Of a stretch of 64,000 nucleotides of DNA, positions 8,588 to 18,820 are shown in pieces; positions within the stretch are counted from its first letter, which is position 1, and every line of letters begins with the position of its first letter. Made by a program: the position numbers and the translations under genes. The stretch is from Candidatus Bathyarchaeia archaeon. GTDB lineage: Archaea; Thermoproteota; Bathyarchaeia; Bathyarchaeales; Bathycorpusculaceae. The stretch spans positions 1 through 64,000 of the forward strand of contig JBEKBM010000017.1 in the NCBI GenBank assembly GCA_050015395.1. Direction: 5' to 3'. The notes under the pieces are model-generated. The model made no database searches and had not been told where the DNA came from. It saw nothing but the letters and a program-made list of their open reading frames with translations.

Positions 8588-10192
8588 TTATTGTTGCTTG
8601 AATTCTTCCCTAATTTTCATCTGCCGCCTCTTAAGGTTGTAACTCAACGAAAAGTCATGTGCAGCGTCACGAATCTTCCTTAGCAGAAGCATCATTCGGC
8701 TATTCTTGTCAAAGTTTCTTGGCACAGACTCATCTGGCAAATAAATTTCCTCATGCTCCTTAGCCAAACCAATAAGCGGAATCTGCAATCCAAGCGTTTG
8801 CAATGCCGCTTTTGCCGCGCTCACCTGCCCTGGTCCGCCATCAATCATCACTAAATCGGGAAGTTGACTTTTTTCTTCTACCAGACGCTTATACCTTCTT
8901 GAGACGACCTCGTTGACTGCGGCGAAATCGTCTTGCCCCATGAAAGTTTTGATTTTGAATTTACGATAGTTCTTCTTGTCAGCCTTTGCGTCCTTGAAGC
9001 TTACCATGCCTGAAACCACATGCTCCTGTCCCAAGTTGGAAACATCAAAGCACTCGATTATGCGCGGCAGCACTGGAAGGTTAAGCGCAGCCTGCAGGTC
9101 AACAAGTGCACTATCAACTTCCAATGTGGATTCCAAGTTTTTCTCCGCCAGCTGCACAAGCGCAAGCTTATCTGCTCGCCTAGGAATCGTCAACGAAACA
9201 GGCGCGCATCTTTTCGCTGAAAGAAAGTCTTCCAGGGCTTTTTTCTCTTCCGTTTCCTGCCAACACGGCTTATTTAGCAATATTTCGCGGGGTATTTGGT
9301 TGGTTGTGTAGAAAGCTTTCAGAAATTCCTGTTCGATCTGAGGCTGAAGGTCAACAGTGAACTGATTTTTGCCACGCAAAACGCCTCTTCTCACTCCCAT
9401 CTGAACGGCCAGCATTTTTTCGCCAACCTGCCTAAATGCCATAATGTCTTGGTCAAACCGCCGTTCATGGTCAACAATCTGATGTTGTGTCAAAAGCTTA
9501 ATGGAAGCGATTTGGTTGCGGAGATCAAGTGCAGTCTCGTATTGCTTTTGTGCAGAGGCGGTTTGCATTTGAGAGTTGAGTTGTTCGATTGTTTGCTGGT
9601 AATTGCCGTTTAGAAAAGAGCGGGCTTGCTTAACTTGATTGGCATATTGTTCAGCAGTGACTTTTCCGATGCAGGGTGCAGTGCAAATGTGGATGTGAAA
9701 GTTTAGGCACGCGCGTTTATGCATGGTCTTGCATGTGCGTAGTTTGAACACTCGCACTACTAAGCGCTGAAGATCCTGTCGTATGAAGCCTTCAGTGTAT
9801 GGTCCAAACGATTCGAGTTTGCGTGACACTTTGCGGCTGGTCAATATCCTTGGATAGGGCTCTCTTGTGAGTGAGATGTAAGCGAAAGTTTTAGCATCCT
9901 TAAGGTCAATATTATACTTGGGCGTGTACTGCTTAACCAGCTTGTTTTCCAAAAGCAAAGCTTCAACTTCATTGTTCACAATAATCCAGTCGATATTTCG
10001 AATCCTAGAAACCAGCTGTCGTGTTTTCGCAGGCTGGTCAGTGTTTGAAAAATAGCTTTTGACGCGTGACCGCAGGCTTTTGGCTTTGCCAATGTACAGG
10101 ATCTCGCCTTGCTCGTTCTTGAAGAGGTAAACTCCAGGGTTTGTTGGCATATCTTGGCTTTTAAAGTCCGAGGGGCATGTTATTTGGATCAT
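8588..10192 (-). CDS. uvrC: Excinuclease ABC subunit C (lacks C-terminal HhH)
   Basis: GIY-YIG PGVYLF..YIGKAK, UVR domain, ECFDVSN and IDGG RNase H-like domain. Confidence 0.95.
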   Translation of the reverse strand: MIQITCPSDFKSQDMPTNPGVYLFKNEQGEILYIGKAKSLRSRVKSYFSNTDQPAKTRQLVSRIRNIDWIIVNNEVEALLLENKLVKQYTPKYNIDLKDAKTFAYISLTREPYPRILTSRKVSRKLESFGPYTEGFIRQDLQRLVVRVFKLRTCKTMHKRACLNFHIHICTAPCIGKVTAEQYANQVKQARSFLNGNYQQTIEQLNSQMQTASAQKQYETALDLRNQIASIKLLTQHQIVDHERRFDQDIMAFRQVGEKMLAVQMGVRRGVLRGKNQFTVDLQPQIEQEFLKAFYTTNQIPREILLNKPCWQETEEKKALEDFLSAKRCAPVSLTIPRRADKLALVQLAEKNLESTLEVDSALVDLQAALNLPVLPRIIECFDVSNLGQEHVVSGMVSFKDAKADKKNYRKFKIKTFMGQDDFAAVNEVVSRRYKRLVEEKSQLPDLVMIDGGPGQVSAAKAALQTLGLQIPLIGLAKEHEEIYLPDESVPRNFDKNSRMMLLLRKIRDAAHDFSLSYNLKRRQMKIREEFKQQ

Positions 10193-13089
10193 GCAGACTG
10201 TTTCACTGCCAAACTAATTTCTTCTCGCGGACGGTTAAGCATTTTCTTCAAAAACATACCCGTATAAGACGCAGCCTTTTGCGCGACTTCCTCGGGCGTT
10301 CCCTGCGCCAGCACTTCGCCGCCAGCAGCCCCGCCTTCAGGACCCAAATCGACAAGGTAATCGCAGCTTTTAATCACGTCTAAATTATGTTCGATGATGT
10401 AGACGGTGTTGCCGTTGTCAACAAGCCGATTTAACACTTTAATCAACCGTTTAGTATCATCAAAATGCAGACCCGTGGTTGGTTCGTCAAGCATGTAAAT
10501 AACGTGCCCAGACTTGTTTTTGCTAAGTTCACGGGTGATTTTGATGCGTTGGCTTTCCCCGCCTGACAAGGTAGTTGAGCTTTGCCCAAGTTTAATGTAT
10601 CCCAATCCAACGTCTAACAGTGTGGTTAGTTTTCGTGAGATTCTTGGAGTGTTCTCAAAGAACTTTGCCGCTTCCTCCACAGTCATATCTAAGACTTCAG
10701 CAATGTTCTTGCCCTTATAGAGAACGCTTAAGGTTTCCTTGTTGTACCGTTTGCCCTTGCAGTCGCTACATTGCACGTAAACGGCAGGCAGAAAGTTCAT
10801 TTCTATGCGCAGAACGCCGTCGCCTTGGCAGGTTTCGCATCTGCCGCCTTTCACGTTGAAACTGAATCGCCCTTCCTTGTAACCGCGCGCCTTTGCCTCT
10901 TTGGTTGAAGCGAAAATGCGCCTAATCTCATCGAAAAGTTTCGTGTAAGTTGCAGGGTTGCTTCTTGGTGTTCTGCCAATTGGATTTTGGTCGATAACTA
11001 TAACATTCCTGACTATGTTTGGGACATCAATCGATTCGTGTTTACCGACTTTGTCAACCCGTTCCCCGAACATTTGCCGCAAAACAGGAATAACAGTCAA
11101 ATTCATCAGCGTACTTTTGCCCGAACCAGAAACACCAGTAACTCCACACAATACACCTAACGGCAGCTGCAAGGTGAGGTGTTTGAGGTTGTTTTCTTCT
11201 GCTCCTTTAACGGTGATGCAGCCAACGGGTTTTCGCCTTATCGCGGGCACTTCAATTTTTAATTCTCCGGAAAGGTATTTGCCTGTGAGGCTTCGCTTGT
11301 TCGCCATGATTTCAGCTGGCGAGCCCTCCGCGACAATGTGTCCTCCATGGACTCCTGCGCCAGGTCCCATATCAACAATGCAGTCTGCATTGCGTATTGT
11401 TTCCTCGTCATGTTCTACAACAATCAGCGTATTACCTAAATCGCGTAAACGGTGAAGTGTGCTTATGAGTTTAGCATTGTCCCTTTGATGCAAACCAATG
11501 CTGGGTTCATCAAGAATGTAGAGTACACCCATCAAGTTGCTGCCAATTTGCGTAGCCAAACGAATCCTTTGCGCTTCGCCGCTGGAGAGTGTTCTTGCCG
11601 CACGAGAAAGCGAAAGGTAGCCCAAACCAACATTCTTAAGAAAACCCAATCGCTCGTTGATTTCCTTTAGCACCTGCTTAGCAATGGCTAATTCTTTCTC
11701 GTTCAGCTGGACGGGCAGATTGCTAAAGAAGTCAACTGCTTCTTCAATTGAAAGGTCAGTTACATCGATTATGTTTTTGTCCAGTATTTTTACGGCAAGC
11801 ACTACTGGCTGCAATTTTTTCCCTTTACACGCGTTACAGGGTCTAGAGGTCATTAACTTTTCAATGTCTTCTTTCCGCCATTCACTTTCAGTTTGACGAT
11901 AAAGCCTTGCTGTTTGCGGGATTACGCCTTCCCAACCTTCACGCATCCACATGTTTGCCCCATTCGACCAGTGACCGTTCATGGGTTCTTTGTCACCGTG
12001 CAAGAGCACATGCAGTTGCTGTTCCGTAAAATCCTTTATTGGAGTAAAAACGTCAAATCCATGTTTTTTGCCAACCGTCGCAAGCTGCTGAGCCCGCCAG
12101 CCAAGATCCATACTGCCGTAAACAGCTAATGCTCCATCCATAATGGAGAGATTCTTATCTGGAATCACTAGGTCTTCAGAGATTTCTGTGATTTCGCCTA
12201 AGCCGTGACAGCTTGGACAAGCACCAAAGGGCGAGTTAAACGAGAACATGCGCGGCTCAAGGCTTTCAAATACTATTTCTGGATGGTTAGGGCAGGCTCC
12301 AAAAGTGCTGAACATTGTTTCATCTTCAAAGCGTTCAAGCTCCTTCTTCTTTTCCCCGTCAGCTTTTTTGGCGTCGATGACTATTATTGTTCCTTTGCCG
12401 ACTTGAAGCGCCTGCTCGACAGCTTCAGAAATACGTGAGCGCTCTTCATCGACCATTTTTACCGTGTCAATAACGGCTTCAATCCAGTGCTTTTCATAAC
12501 GCACAAGCTTTACTTCTTCTTTGATTGAGTCTGAATCGTAAATTTTTTGGTCTGCCCGTATTTTGGTGTATCCTTGTTTTTTGAGGTCGTCAAAAACTTG
12601 CTCGTGTGTTCCTTTTATTCCGCGAATTATTGGTGCTAGGAAGGTGAGTGTTTTTTCTTTCTCAGCCATAATTAGGCTGGTTATGTTTTCGGGGCTTTGG
12701 GGATGAATTGAGCTGCCGCATTTTGGACAATGATGCGTGCCAATGCGTGCGTAAAGTAGCCTGAGGTAATCGTATATTTCGGTAACTGTGCCAACGGTTG
12801 AGCGTGGGTTTTTGCTGGTGCTTCTCTGTTCGATGGAGATTGCTGGAGATAACCCTTCAATCGAGTCAACGTCAGGCTTATCCATTAAGCCGAGAAATTG
12901 CCTGGCATAAGCGGAGAGGCTTTCAACATATCTTCTTTGGCCTTCAGCATAAATAGTATCGAAGGCAAGGGTGGATTTTCCTGAGCCTGAGAGCCCAGTG
13001 ATCACTATAAACTTGTTTCTTGGCAAGTCTACATCTATGTTTTTGAGGTTGTGTTCTCTTGCGCCTTTGATTGAAATGGTATCTCTCAT
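10189..13089 (-). CDS. uvrA: Excinuclease ABC subunit A
   Basis: GAREHNLKN, two Walker A motifs, Zn fingers, LSGGESQR. Confidence 0.98.
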   Translation of the reverse strand: MRDTISIKGAREHNLKNIDVDLPRNKFIVITGLSGSGKSTLAFDTIYAEGQRRYVESLSAYARQFLGLMDKPDVDSIEGLSPAISIEQRSTSKNPRSTVGTVTEIYDYLRLLYARIGTHHCPKCGSSIHPQSPENITSLIMAEKEKTLTFLAPIIRGIKGTHEQVFDDLKKQGYTKIRADQKIYDSDSIKEEVKLVRYEKHWIEAVIDTVKMVDEERSRISEAVEQALQVGKGTIIVIDAKKADGEKKKELERFEDETMFSTFGACPNHPEIVFESLEPRMFSFNSPFGACPSCHGLGEITEISEDLVIPDKNLSIMDGALAVYGSMDLGWRAQQLATVGKKHGFDVFTPIKDFTEQQLHVLLHGDKEPMNGHWSNGANMWMREGWEGVIPQTARLYRQTESEWRKEDIEKLMTSRPCNACKGKKLQPVVLAVKILDKNIIDVTDLSIEEAVDFFSNLPVQLNEKELAIAKQVLKEINERLGFLKNVGLGYLSLSRAARTLSSGEAQRIRLATQIGSNLMGVLYILDEPSIGLHQRDNAKLISTLHRLRDLGNTLIVVEHDEETIRNADCIVDMGPGAGVHGGHIVAEGSPAEIMANKRSLTGKYLSGELKIEVPAIRRKPVGCITVKGAEENNLKHLTLQLPLGVLCGVTGVSGSGKSTLMNLTVIPVLRQMFGERVDKVGKHESIDVPNIVRNVIVIDQNPIGRTPRSNPATYTKLFDEIRRIFASTKEAKARGYKEGRFSFNVKGGRCETCQGDGVLRIEMNFLPAVYVQCSDCKGKRYNKETLSVLYKGKNIAEVLDMTVEEAAKFFENTPRISRKLTTLLDVGLGYIKLGQSSTTLSGGESQRIKITRELSKNKSGHVIYMLDEPTTGLHFDDTKRLIKVLNRLVDNGNTVYIIEHNLDVIKSCDYLVDLGPEGGAAGGEVLAQGTPEEVAQKAASYTGMFLKKMLNRPREEISLAVKQSA

Positions 13090-13171
13090 AACGTTAACCA
13101 GTTCCCTACTCCGCTTCTGTAAATTGTAACCTGTTTAATCATGAAAGATTTCAACCTTTTGTCCTAAATAC

Positions 13172-15127
13172 TCATTTTTCTGGTTTAAGTTCGCTTTCCA
13201 TCTTCCTAGACAACGCCCTATTCAACTCCGCAATCGCATCCCTAAGCTCAATAGCTCGCTCAAACTCCAGTTTCTCTGCCGCCTCCCGCATTTGCGCATC
13301 AAGCTCAACCAACTGGCGCCTTATGTCTGTTTTTGCCAGGTGTTTGGTGCCCTTGATTGTGCCCTCTTTCAAAGAGACACTCTTCACTATCGTCTTTGGC
13401 GTGATGTGATGGAGTTGGTTGAAGCGTCTCTGGAAGGAGCGCCTGTGCTTCGTGATTTCCATGGCTCGCTTAATTGACGCTGTTTCCACGTCAGCGTAGA
13501 GTATTACTCTGCCGTTAACGTTTCTCGCTGCTCGCCCGATGGTTTGTATGAGACTTCGCTCGTCCCGCAGAAAACCTTCCTTGTCAGCGTCTAAAATGAA
13601 AATTGTTGCAACCTCAGGAATGTCTAAGCCTTCGCGCAGCAGGTTTATTCCGACTAAAATGTCGAATTCGCCGACTCTCAGTTGCCGCACAAGTTCTATT
13701 CGGTCTAAGCTTTCGATGTCAGAGTGCATGTATCTGACGCGGAAGCCTTCCTTAACAAGGTAATCCGCAAGGTCTTCAGCCATCCGCTTGGTCAGCGTTG
13801 TAATCAGGATGCGGTCGCCTCGCTCGATGGTTTTCTTAGCTTCCGCCATTAAATGCTGCATCTGCCCAGCTATCGGGTGAATCTCCACTTCAGGGTCCAA
13901 AAGTCCCGTCGGTCGGGTGATTAATTCGACTGGTGAACCACTTTTTTCTAGCTCGTATTCAGCTGGAGTTGCTGAGACGAAGAGGGCTTTGCCCATTTTT
14001 CGCTCAAACTCCTCAAACTTCAGTGGCCTGTTGTCAAGTGCGCTGGGGAGTCTGAAGCCGAAGTCGACGAGGTTCTTTTTTCTTGAGTAGTCACCGTTGT
14101 ACATGGCGTGTGCTTGAGGAATCGTCTGGTGGCTCTCGTCAATAATCAAGAGGTAATCTTTAGGAAAGTAATCCATCAACGTGAACGGTGGTTCGCCGGG
14201 TTTGCGCCCGTCGAAGTGTCTGCTGTAATTTTCCATTCCTGCGCAGAAACCAATTTCCTTTATCATTTCTAAATCATAGTTTGTTCGTTGTTTGAGTCGT
14301 TGCGCCTCAAGCGGAGCAAGATTGGGCAGCCTCTCTTCCAATTCCTGTTTGATATGCTCAAGTGCGAGTGCATGTTTCTCTTCAGGCACCACGTACTGCC
14401 GTGCAGGGTAAAGCGTAAGCTTATCAAGCGTTCCTGTAACATCTCCCGTTAACAGGTGGACTTCTTTGATTTTACCGATTGTATTTCCTGCAAGTTCAAT
14501 CCGAAGAATGTCATTCTCGTAAGATGGCACAACATCCAGCACATCGCCTCGCACGCGGAACCTGCCCGGCTCAAGCACCATATCATTCCGCTCGTACTGC
14601 ATGTCTACTAGGGCATGGATGAGTTTCTGCCTTGTAGATTGCTTTCCAACCTCTAATTCGATGGCCATGGTTCTGAAGTCGTCTGGGTTTCCAAGGCTGT
14701 AAATGCAGCTTATGCTTGCGACTATTATGGTGTCGTTTCGGCTAACGATGCTGGATACGGCGTGCATGCGCATTTTTTCTATTTGTTCATTTACGGATGA
14801 GTCTTTCTCAATGTACATGTCTTGGGCTGGCAAATATGATTCTGGCTGATAATAATCGTAAAAAGAAATGAAGTATTCCACGCGGTTATGCGGGAAAAGC
14901 TCTTTTAGTTCACCGTAAAGCTGAGCAGCCAATATCTTGTTGTGTGCGATGATGAGCGTTGGCTTTTGCAGCCCGCTGATTACGTTAGCCATCACAAAGG
15001 TTTTTCCCGAACCGGTGATTCCTAGAAGGGTTTGCTTGTCTTTTTTGGAGAAGTTGTTCACTAACTGTTCTACTGCTGCCTGCTGCCCTGGCGAGGTTTG
15101 ATACGGCGCTATAAGCTGGAACTGCAT
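13172..15127 (-). CDS. uvrB: Excinuclease ABC subunit B
   Basis: GITGSGKT, YDYYQPE, DESH, C-terminal UVR domain. Confidence 0.98.
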   Translation of the reverse strand: MQFQLIAPYQTSPGQQAAVEQLVNNFSKKDKQTLLGITGSGKTFVMANVISGLQKPTLIIAHNKILAAQLYGELKELFPHNRVEYFISFYDYYQPESYLPAQDMYIEKDSSVNEQIEKMRMHAVSSIVSRNDTIIVASISCIYSLGNPDDFRTMAIELEVGKQSTRQKLIHALVDMQYERNDMVLEPGRFRVRGDVLDVVPSYENDILRIELAGNTIGKIKEVHLLTGDVTGTLDKLTLYPARQYVVPEEKHALALEHIKQELEERLPNLAPLEAQRLKQRTNYDLEMIKEIGFCAGMENYSRHFDGRKPGEPPFTLMDYFPKDYLLIIDESHQTIPQAHAMYNGDYSRKKNLVDFGFRLPSALDNRPLKFEEFERKMGKALFVSATPAEYELEKSGSPVELITRPTGLLDPEVEIHPIAGQMQHLMAEAKKTIERGDRILITTLTKRMAEDLADYLVKEGFRVRYMHSDIESLDRIELVRQLRVGEFDILVGINLLREGLDIPEVATIFILDADKEGFLRDERSLIQTIGRAARNVNGRVILYADVETASIKRAMEITKHRRSFQRRFNQLHHITPKTIVKSVSLKEGTIKGTKHLAKTDIRRQLVELDAQMREAAEKLEFERAIELRDAIAELNRALSRKMESELKPEK

Positions 15128-15340
15128 GTTGCTTCTCCACAAATAACTAGAAATGTTCCAATGAAGAATTGATTTAATAAGTTTTTTCCAAAAAAATAGT
15201 GATTTAAGCCTGTTATCTTTCCAGTTGGTATTAAAATGAAAAAAGAATTTGGTTGATATTGAAAGCTCTGTTTCCTGCAGGAGTGTTCCATGTCCGGTGT
15301 GGTGTCATATTTGGCCAGTGTAGCCGTTAACGTTTAACAG

Positions 15341-15455
15341 TCTACAAGGTTTGGCTTGCGCAATTAATTATCTGCTGTATATGACGTGCGTCATAACGAG
15401 TTTAAGGGCACTTCTAACCAAACCACAGTAGCTACATGCAAAAACAAAACCCCTA
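15341..15455 (-). repeat. Diverged copy of the dispersed intergenic repeat
   Basis: Reverse complement keeps TAGGG..TTTGT..TGCA..AGCTAC and TATGA..CA....CA.CA.A.AATTAA.TTGCGCA in the same order and spacing as 42408-42512. Confidence 0.55.
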
Positions 15456-15531
15456 ACAAACTCGGCACATAAGAGGTAATCATTATTAGTAAAACAATCG
15501 AAAGAAAAAAAATGCGTTCTTAATTGAATGT

Positions 15532-15825
15532 TTACCCAACGGCTAATTTTCCGAATTTCCCAACGTTAAGCTGAATTTCACCCTTAAAACTGGTGACGTA
15601 CCCGTTGTCAATTTTAATGTTATCGCCAACGTTAACTTGGTCAATCTGCTCATTCCAGAGCGTCAGCTTTACACTGCCTGTCTCGTCTGCAACCACAGCA
15701 TCAACTATCCTGTAAGTCTCATCCTTAAAACGTGATTTGACTTCTCGGGGGTCACCTTTTTCAACAACTTTCGCTTCAACGCTAACCCGTTTCATTCCAT
15801 TCTGCAAATCTTTAATTGCCGTCAC
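15532..15825 (-). CDS. ssb: Single-stranded DNA-binding protein (single OB fold)
   Basis: VADETGSVKLTLW..NGYVTSFKG. Confidence 0.9.
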   Translation of the reverse strand: MTAIKDLQNGMKRVSVEAKVVEKGDPREVKSRFKDETYRIVDAVVADETGSVKLTLWNEQIDQVNVGDNIKIDNGYVTSFKGEIQLNVGKFGKLAVG

Positions 15826-15975
15826 ATTAAGTCACCTAAACTGTGAATTCCCTACTGAGGGTTTTCACTTGCAAAAGTGACCTTCAATCATATAAATCTT
15901 GCCTAGCTACATCTGCATCAGCCGGTAGAGAGGAAAAAACTGGGAAAATTTAGGTTCAGACGCATTAGTACTGGT

Positions 15976-17259
15976 TTAAACAATACCCACCAGCAAAAGC
16001 AAGAGCAAAACCACAACTCCTATGCTGACAGCCGAAATCACTATCCTCTTTATCATTGAAAACTCTGGTTTCAATGTTCCAATGATTATTGTGCATAAGC
16101 CGCCTAACCAGACATACGAAATGGCAAACATTGCGAAAACCGCGTCTCTGAAACCTGCAGTCGCCGAGTTAATGCTGTTGAAGATGGCTTGAGACTGCGC
16201 TGATAAGACGCCCACTGCCTCCTGAGGATAGTATATTGCTCCGTAAGAGTCAAAACGCACACCAAGCGATAAATCATATGGATAGTAGAGCGGGGGCAAA
16301 GTGACTGCTACAACAAGATTTACTAATGCTCGAATAACCAGTACGAACAAAGCAAACGCTAAAGCAACAAACAGAGGTTTCCAAAGTACACTGCTTTTTA
16401 GCCCTTTAAAGAACAGGTAAATGAACCCTGTTATTAGGAACCAGCCTAAAATGAACTGCAGGGAGAACGCCTGCAAAAACTGCAGAATGAGGCCAGTGCT
16501 ATTGTATTGGATGGGCGTTTGGTATTGGCCTCGGAAGAATAAGGCGCCGATACGAATAGTTATGTTAGAACTGGCTGGGTAGTTGAGGCTTAATTGTAGA
16601 GCTGTCACATTCCCCCATGAAGGTGAACCGCTGCTTGTCCAGCCTTGGGCAGTTGGTCCAACGGGGATGGTTAAATTGTTCCAAAGACCAATTGCTGTCG
16701 TGTTTGATAAAGCAGAAGTTAAGTCATATTGGTAAGAGTTTGAGTCGCTAACTGAGTACAGAGTTAAAGTTGCACTTTGAGGCGCTACCGTAGGCTCCAC
16801 CTGTTTTATTGTCATTGAAAGGTTTTGGAAGCCTGAGGGGGCGCTGCAGTCCACGTTGAAAACGTTGCCTAAACGTGCTGAAATGTTGTTTGTGTTTGTG
16901 GTATTCATTTCTAGGCTGCTGTTTCCAAATATACTATAGTACCCGTTCGGGTCTGTTGGTGTGGTTCCAAGCGCTGCTACATAAATGCTATAATTGAAGA
17001 AATCATTGTAATTGTTGCTTAAGACTACGTTTGAGGTACTGTTCCAATAAGTCTCGTTGATATACGTTGGTAAGTGGTCAACGGTAGGCGACGTGTTCTC
17101 AGTGTAGGTTTTAGAAAACTGCACATACTCGTAGCCTATTTGTACGCCTATGAAAAGAAGCAGAATTATTATTGCGCCCAAGTATTTTGGGTTCTCAATT
17201 ATTTTCTTGAACACTTTCACAGGCGCATAAACAACTTGCGGTATGTCATCGAGAATCAA
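15976..17259 (-). CDS. Yip1-like multi-pass membrane protein with a large glycosylated extracellular loop
   Basis: VVYAPVKVFKKI N-terminus, one plus several TM helices; TTG at 17259 avoids overlap with the HMG-CoA synthase gene. Confidence 0.7.
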   Translation of the reverse strand: MILDDIPQVVYAPVKVFKKIIENPKYLGAIIILLLFIGVQIGYEYVQFSKTYTENTSPTVDHLPTYINETYWNSTSNVVLSNNYNDFFNYSIYVAALGTTPTDPNGYYSIFGNSSLEMNTTNTNNISARLGNVFNVDCSAPSGFQNLSMTIKQVEPTVAPQSATLTLYSVSDSNSYQYDLTSALSNTTAIGLWNNLTIPVGPTAQGWTSSGSPSWGNVTALQLSLNYPASSNITIRIGALFFRGQYQTPIQYNSTGLILQFLQAFSLQFILGWFLITGFIYLFFKGLKSSVLWKPLFVALAFALFVLVIRALVNLVVAVTLPPLYYPYDLSLGVRFDSYGAIYYPQEAVGVLSAQSQAIFNSINSATAGFRDAVFAMFAISYVWLGGLCTIIIGTLKPEFSMIKRIVISAVSIGVVVLLLLLLVGIV

Positions 17260-17311
17260 GAGTCTTGGCTCCGTCGTTATGAAGTTCACAGGTGATTTAT
17301 TAAAGTATTTG

Positions 17312-18820
17312 TTACATCCCAAGTTTAAGCCGGCGATAAGTCGTATAATCCACATATTGTATAAACGGGTTTTCAGCTTGGAATTTAACATTAACTTTTT
17401 GGCGCTTTCGCTTATCAACAAGTTGGCTTGTGGTTCTAAGCAAATACGCGTCGCTTCCCGCACCTGAACCGTAACTTGCAACTAAGATGCGCTCTTCAGG
17501 TTCTGCAATGTCTAACACTGCAGCTAAACCCACAGGCGAGCAACCTGAATAAGTGTTGCCGAACTTGTTAATTTGAAGCGAAGGCAAATACTGCTCATCC
17601 CTAAAACCAAGCTCCTTCGCGATCTTAACTGGGAACTGGGGGTTAGGCTGATGCGCCACAAAATAGTTCAAATCACTTGCCTTCAGGTTAAAGCGTTCCA
17701 TAAGTTTACATGTTGCTTTGCGGACATGCTTGAAATAAGCTGGGTCACCAGTGAATCGTCCACCATGCATCGGGAAAGGTTCACCGTCTCTGCGCCAAAA
17801 ATCGGGTGTATCAGACGTGCATGAGTACCATCCTTCAACTTCAGCGATAACATCATGTTTTCCGAAAATAAACGCGGCGCCGCCGTACCCAACAAATGTA
17901 TCAAGTTCACCGCCAGGGCAGCCTCTGGGTGCTGCTTGAGCGTTATCTGCGCCAATAACCATAGCGTATTTTATGCCTGACCGTGGGTAGCTAACAAGGG
18001 AGGCTGCGTCTTTAAACATGCTTGTAGCCGCTTTACAAGCAAACTCCGTGTCCACTGCGTCAACACCTTGAACGTCGCCTTCTTCTTCGCCAAGTTTGAG
18101 AACTTGAGCTACCTTTGACGCGATAGGCTTAACCGCGTATGGGTTAGACTCTGAGCCAACATAAACTTTGCCAACCAGCCTGCTGTCAACACCTGAATGA
18201 ATCAGCGCTAGTTTCCCAGCCTCTACTGCAGCTGTAACTGCATCTTCGTCGACGAATGGAACAGCACGTTCGAATCCGCTTTCTTTTATTCGAAACCTTG
18301 AAGTGTAAACGCCGTAACCTACCACTCCAGGGATGTCGTATTCTTTGTTTGGCGTGAGTACGCTGTACTCTTGGTGCGGATAGTACTCGTCGGCTAACGT
18401 GAAAGCCAAAGAGATTGTTGGAATCAAATCGCTTTTGCCGACTGAATAGCGTCTTCTAAAACGCGGAACCACTTCTCTTCCCTCAAGGCTTGAAAAATCA
18501 ACATCGTCATCATCAGTTATCAACTGGTCAGTTAGCCTTCCTGGAACACGGATTTTACCGTCATGAAAAGAAATAATTCCATAAATGAAGCAAGAGAGTT
18601 TCATGAACTTGTTTGTAGGCTCATTGATGAAAGTGCATAATTCAAGTTTGCCTTTATCATAAAATAGGTCTATATTATCCATTTTTCCGTAGCTTTTTCT
18701 GCCACAGTTGCTACAGTAATATCTCACTTCAAAATATTCTTTGCCGCAACTTTGACAGCGGCTTGCTCTTAACCTGTCACCTAAATAAGAAACCCGTCGC
18801 TCTATCGGCTCACTACTCAA
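17312..18820 (-). CDS. DUF35 (Zn-ribbon/OB) - hydroxymethylglutaryl-CoA synthase fusion
   Basis: N-terminal CQSC..CSNC plus OB fold; C-terminal GSESNPYAVKP, EFACKA, HQPN, GNTYSG. Confidence 0.9.
   Translation of the reverse strand: MSSEPIERRVSYLGDRLRASRCQSCGKEYFEVRYYCSNCGRKSYGKMDNIDLFYDKGKLELCTFINEPTNKFMKLSCFIYGIISFHDGKIRVPGRLTDQLITDDDDVDFSSLEGREVVPRFRRRYSVGKSDLIPTISLAFTLADEYYPHQEYSVLTPNKEYDIPGVVGYGVYTSRFRIKESGFERAVPFVDEDAVTAAVEAGKLALIHSGVDSRLVGKVYVGSESNPYAVKPIASKVAQVLKLGEEEGDVQGVDAVDTEFACKAATSMFKDAASLVSYPRSGIKYAMVIGADNAQAAPRGCPGGELDTFVGYGGAAFIFGKHDVIAEVEGWYSCTSDTPDFWRRDGEPFPMHGGRFTGDPAYFKHVRKATCKLMERFNLKASDLNYFVAHQPNPQFPVKIAKELGFRDEQYLPSLQINKFGNTYSGCSPVGLAAVLDIAEPEERILVASYGSGAGSDAYLLRTTSQLVDKRKRQKVNVKFQAENPFIQYVDYTTYRRLKLGM

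Noticed and set aside
17260-17481. N-terminal extension of the 501-aa membrane ORF
   Set aside because: It overlaps the HMG-CoA synthase gene; a TTG start at 17259 is more plausible.
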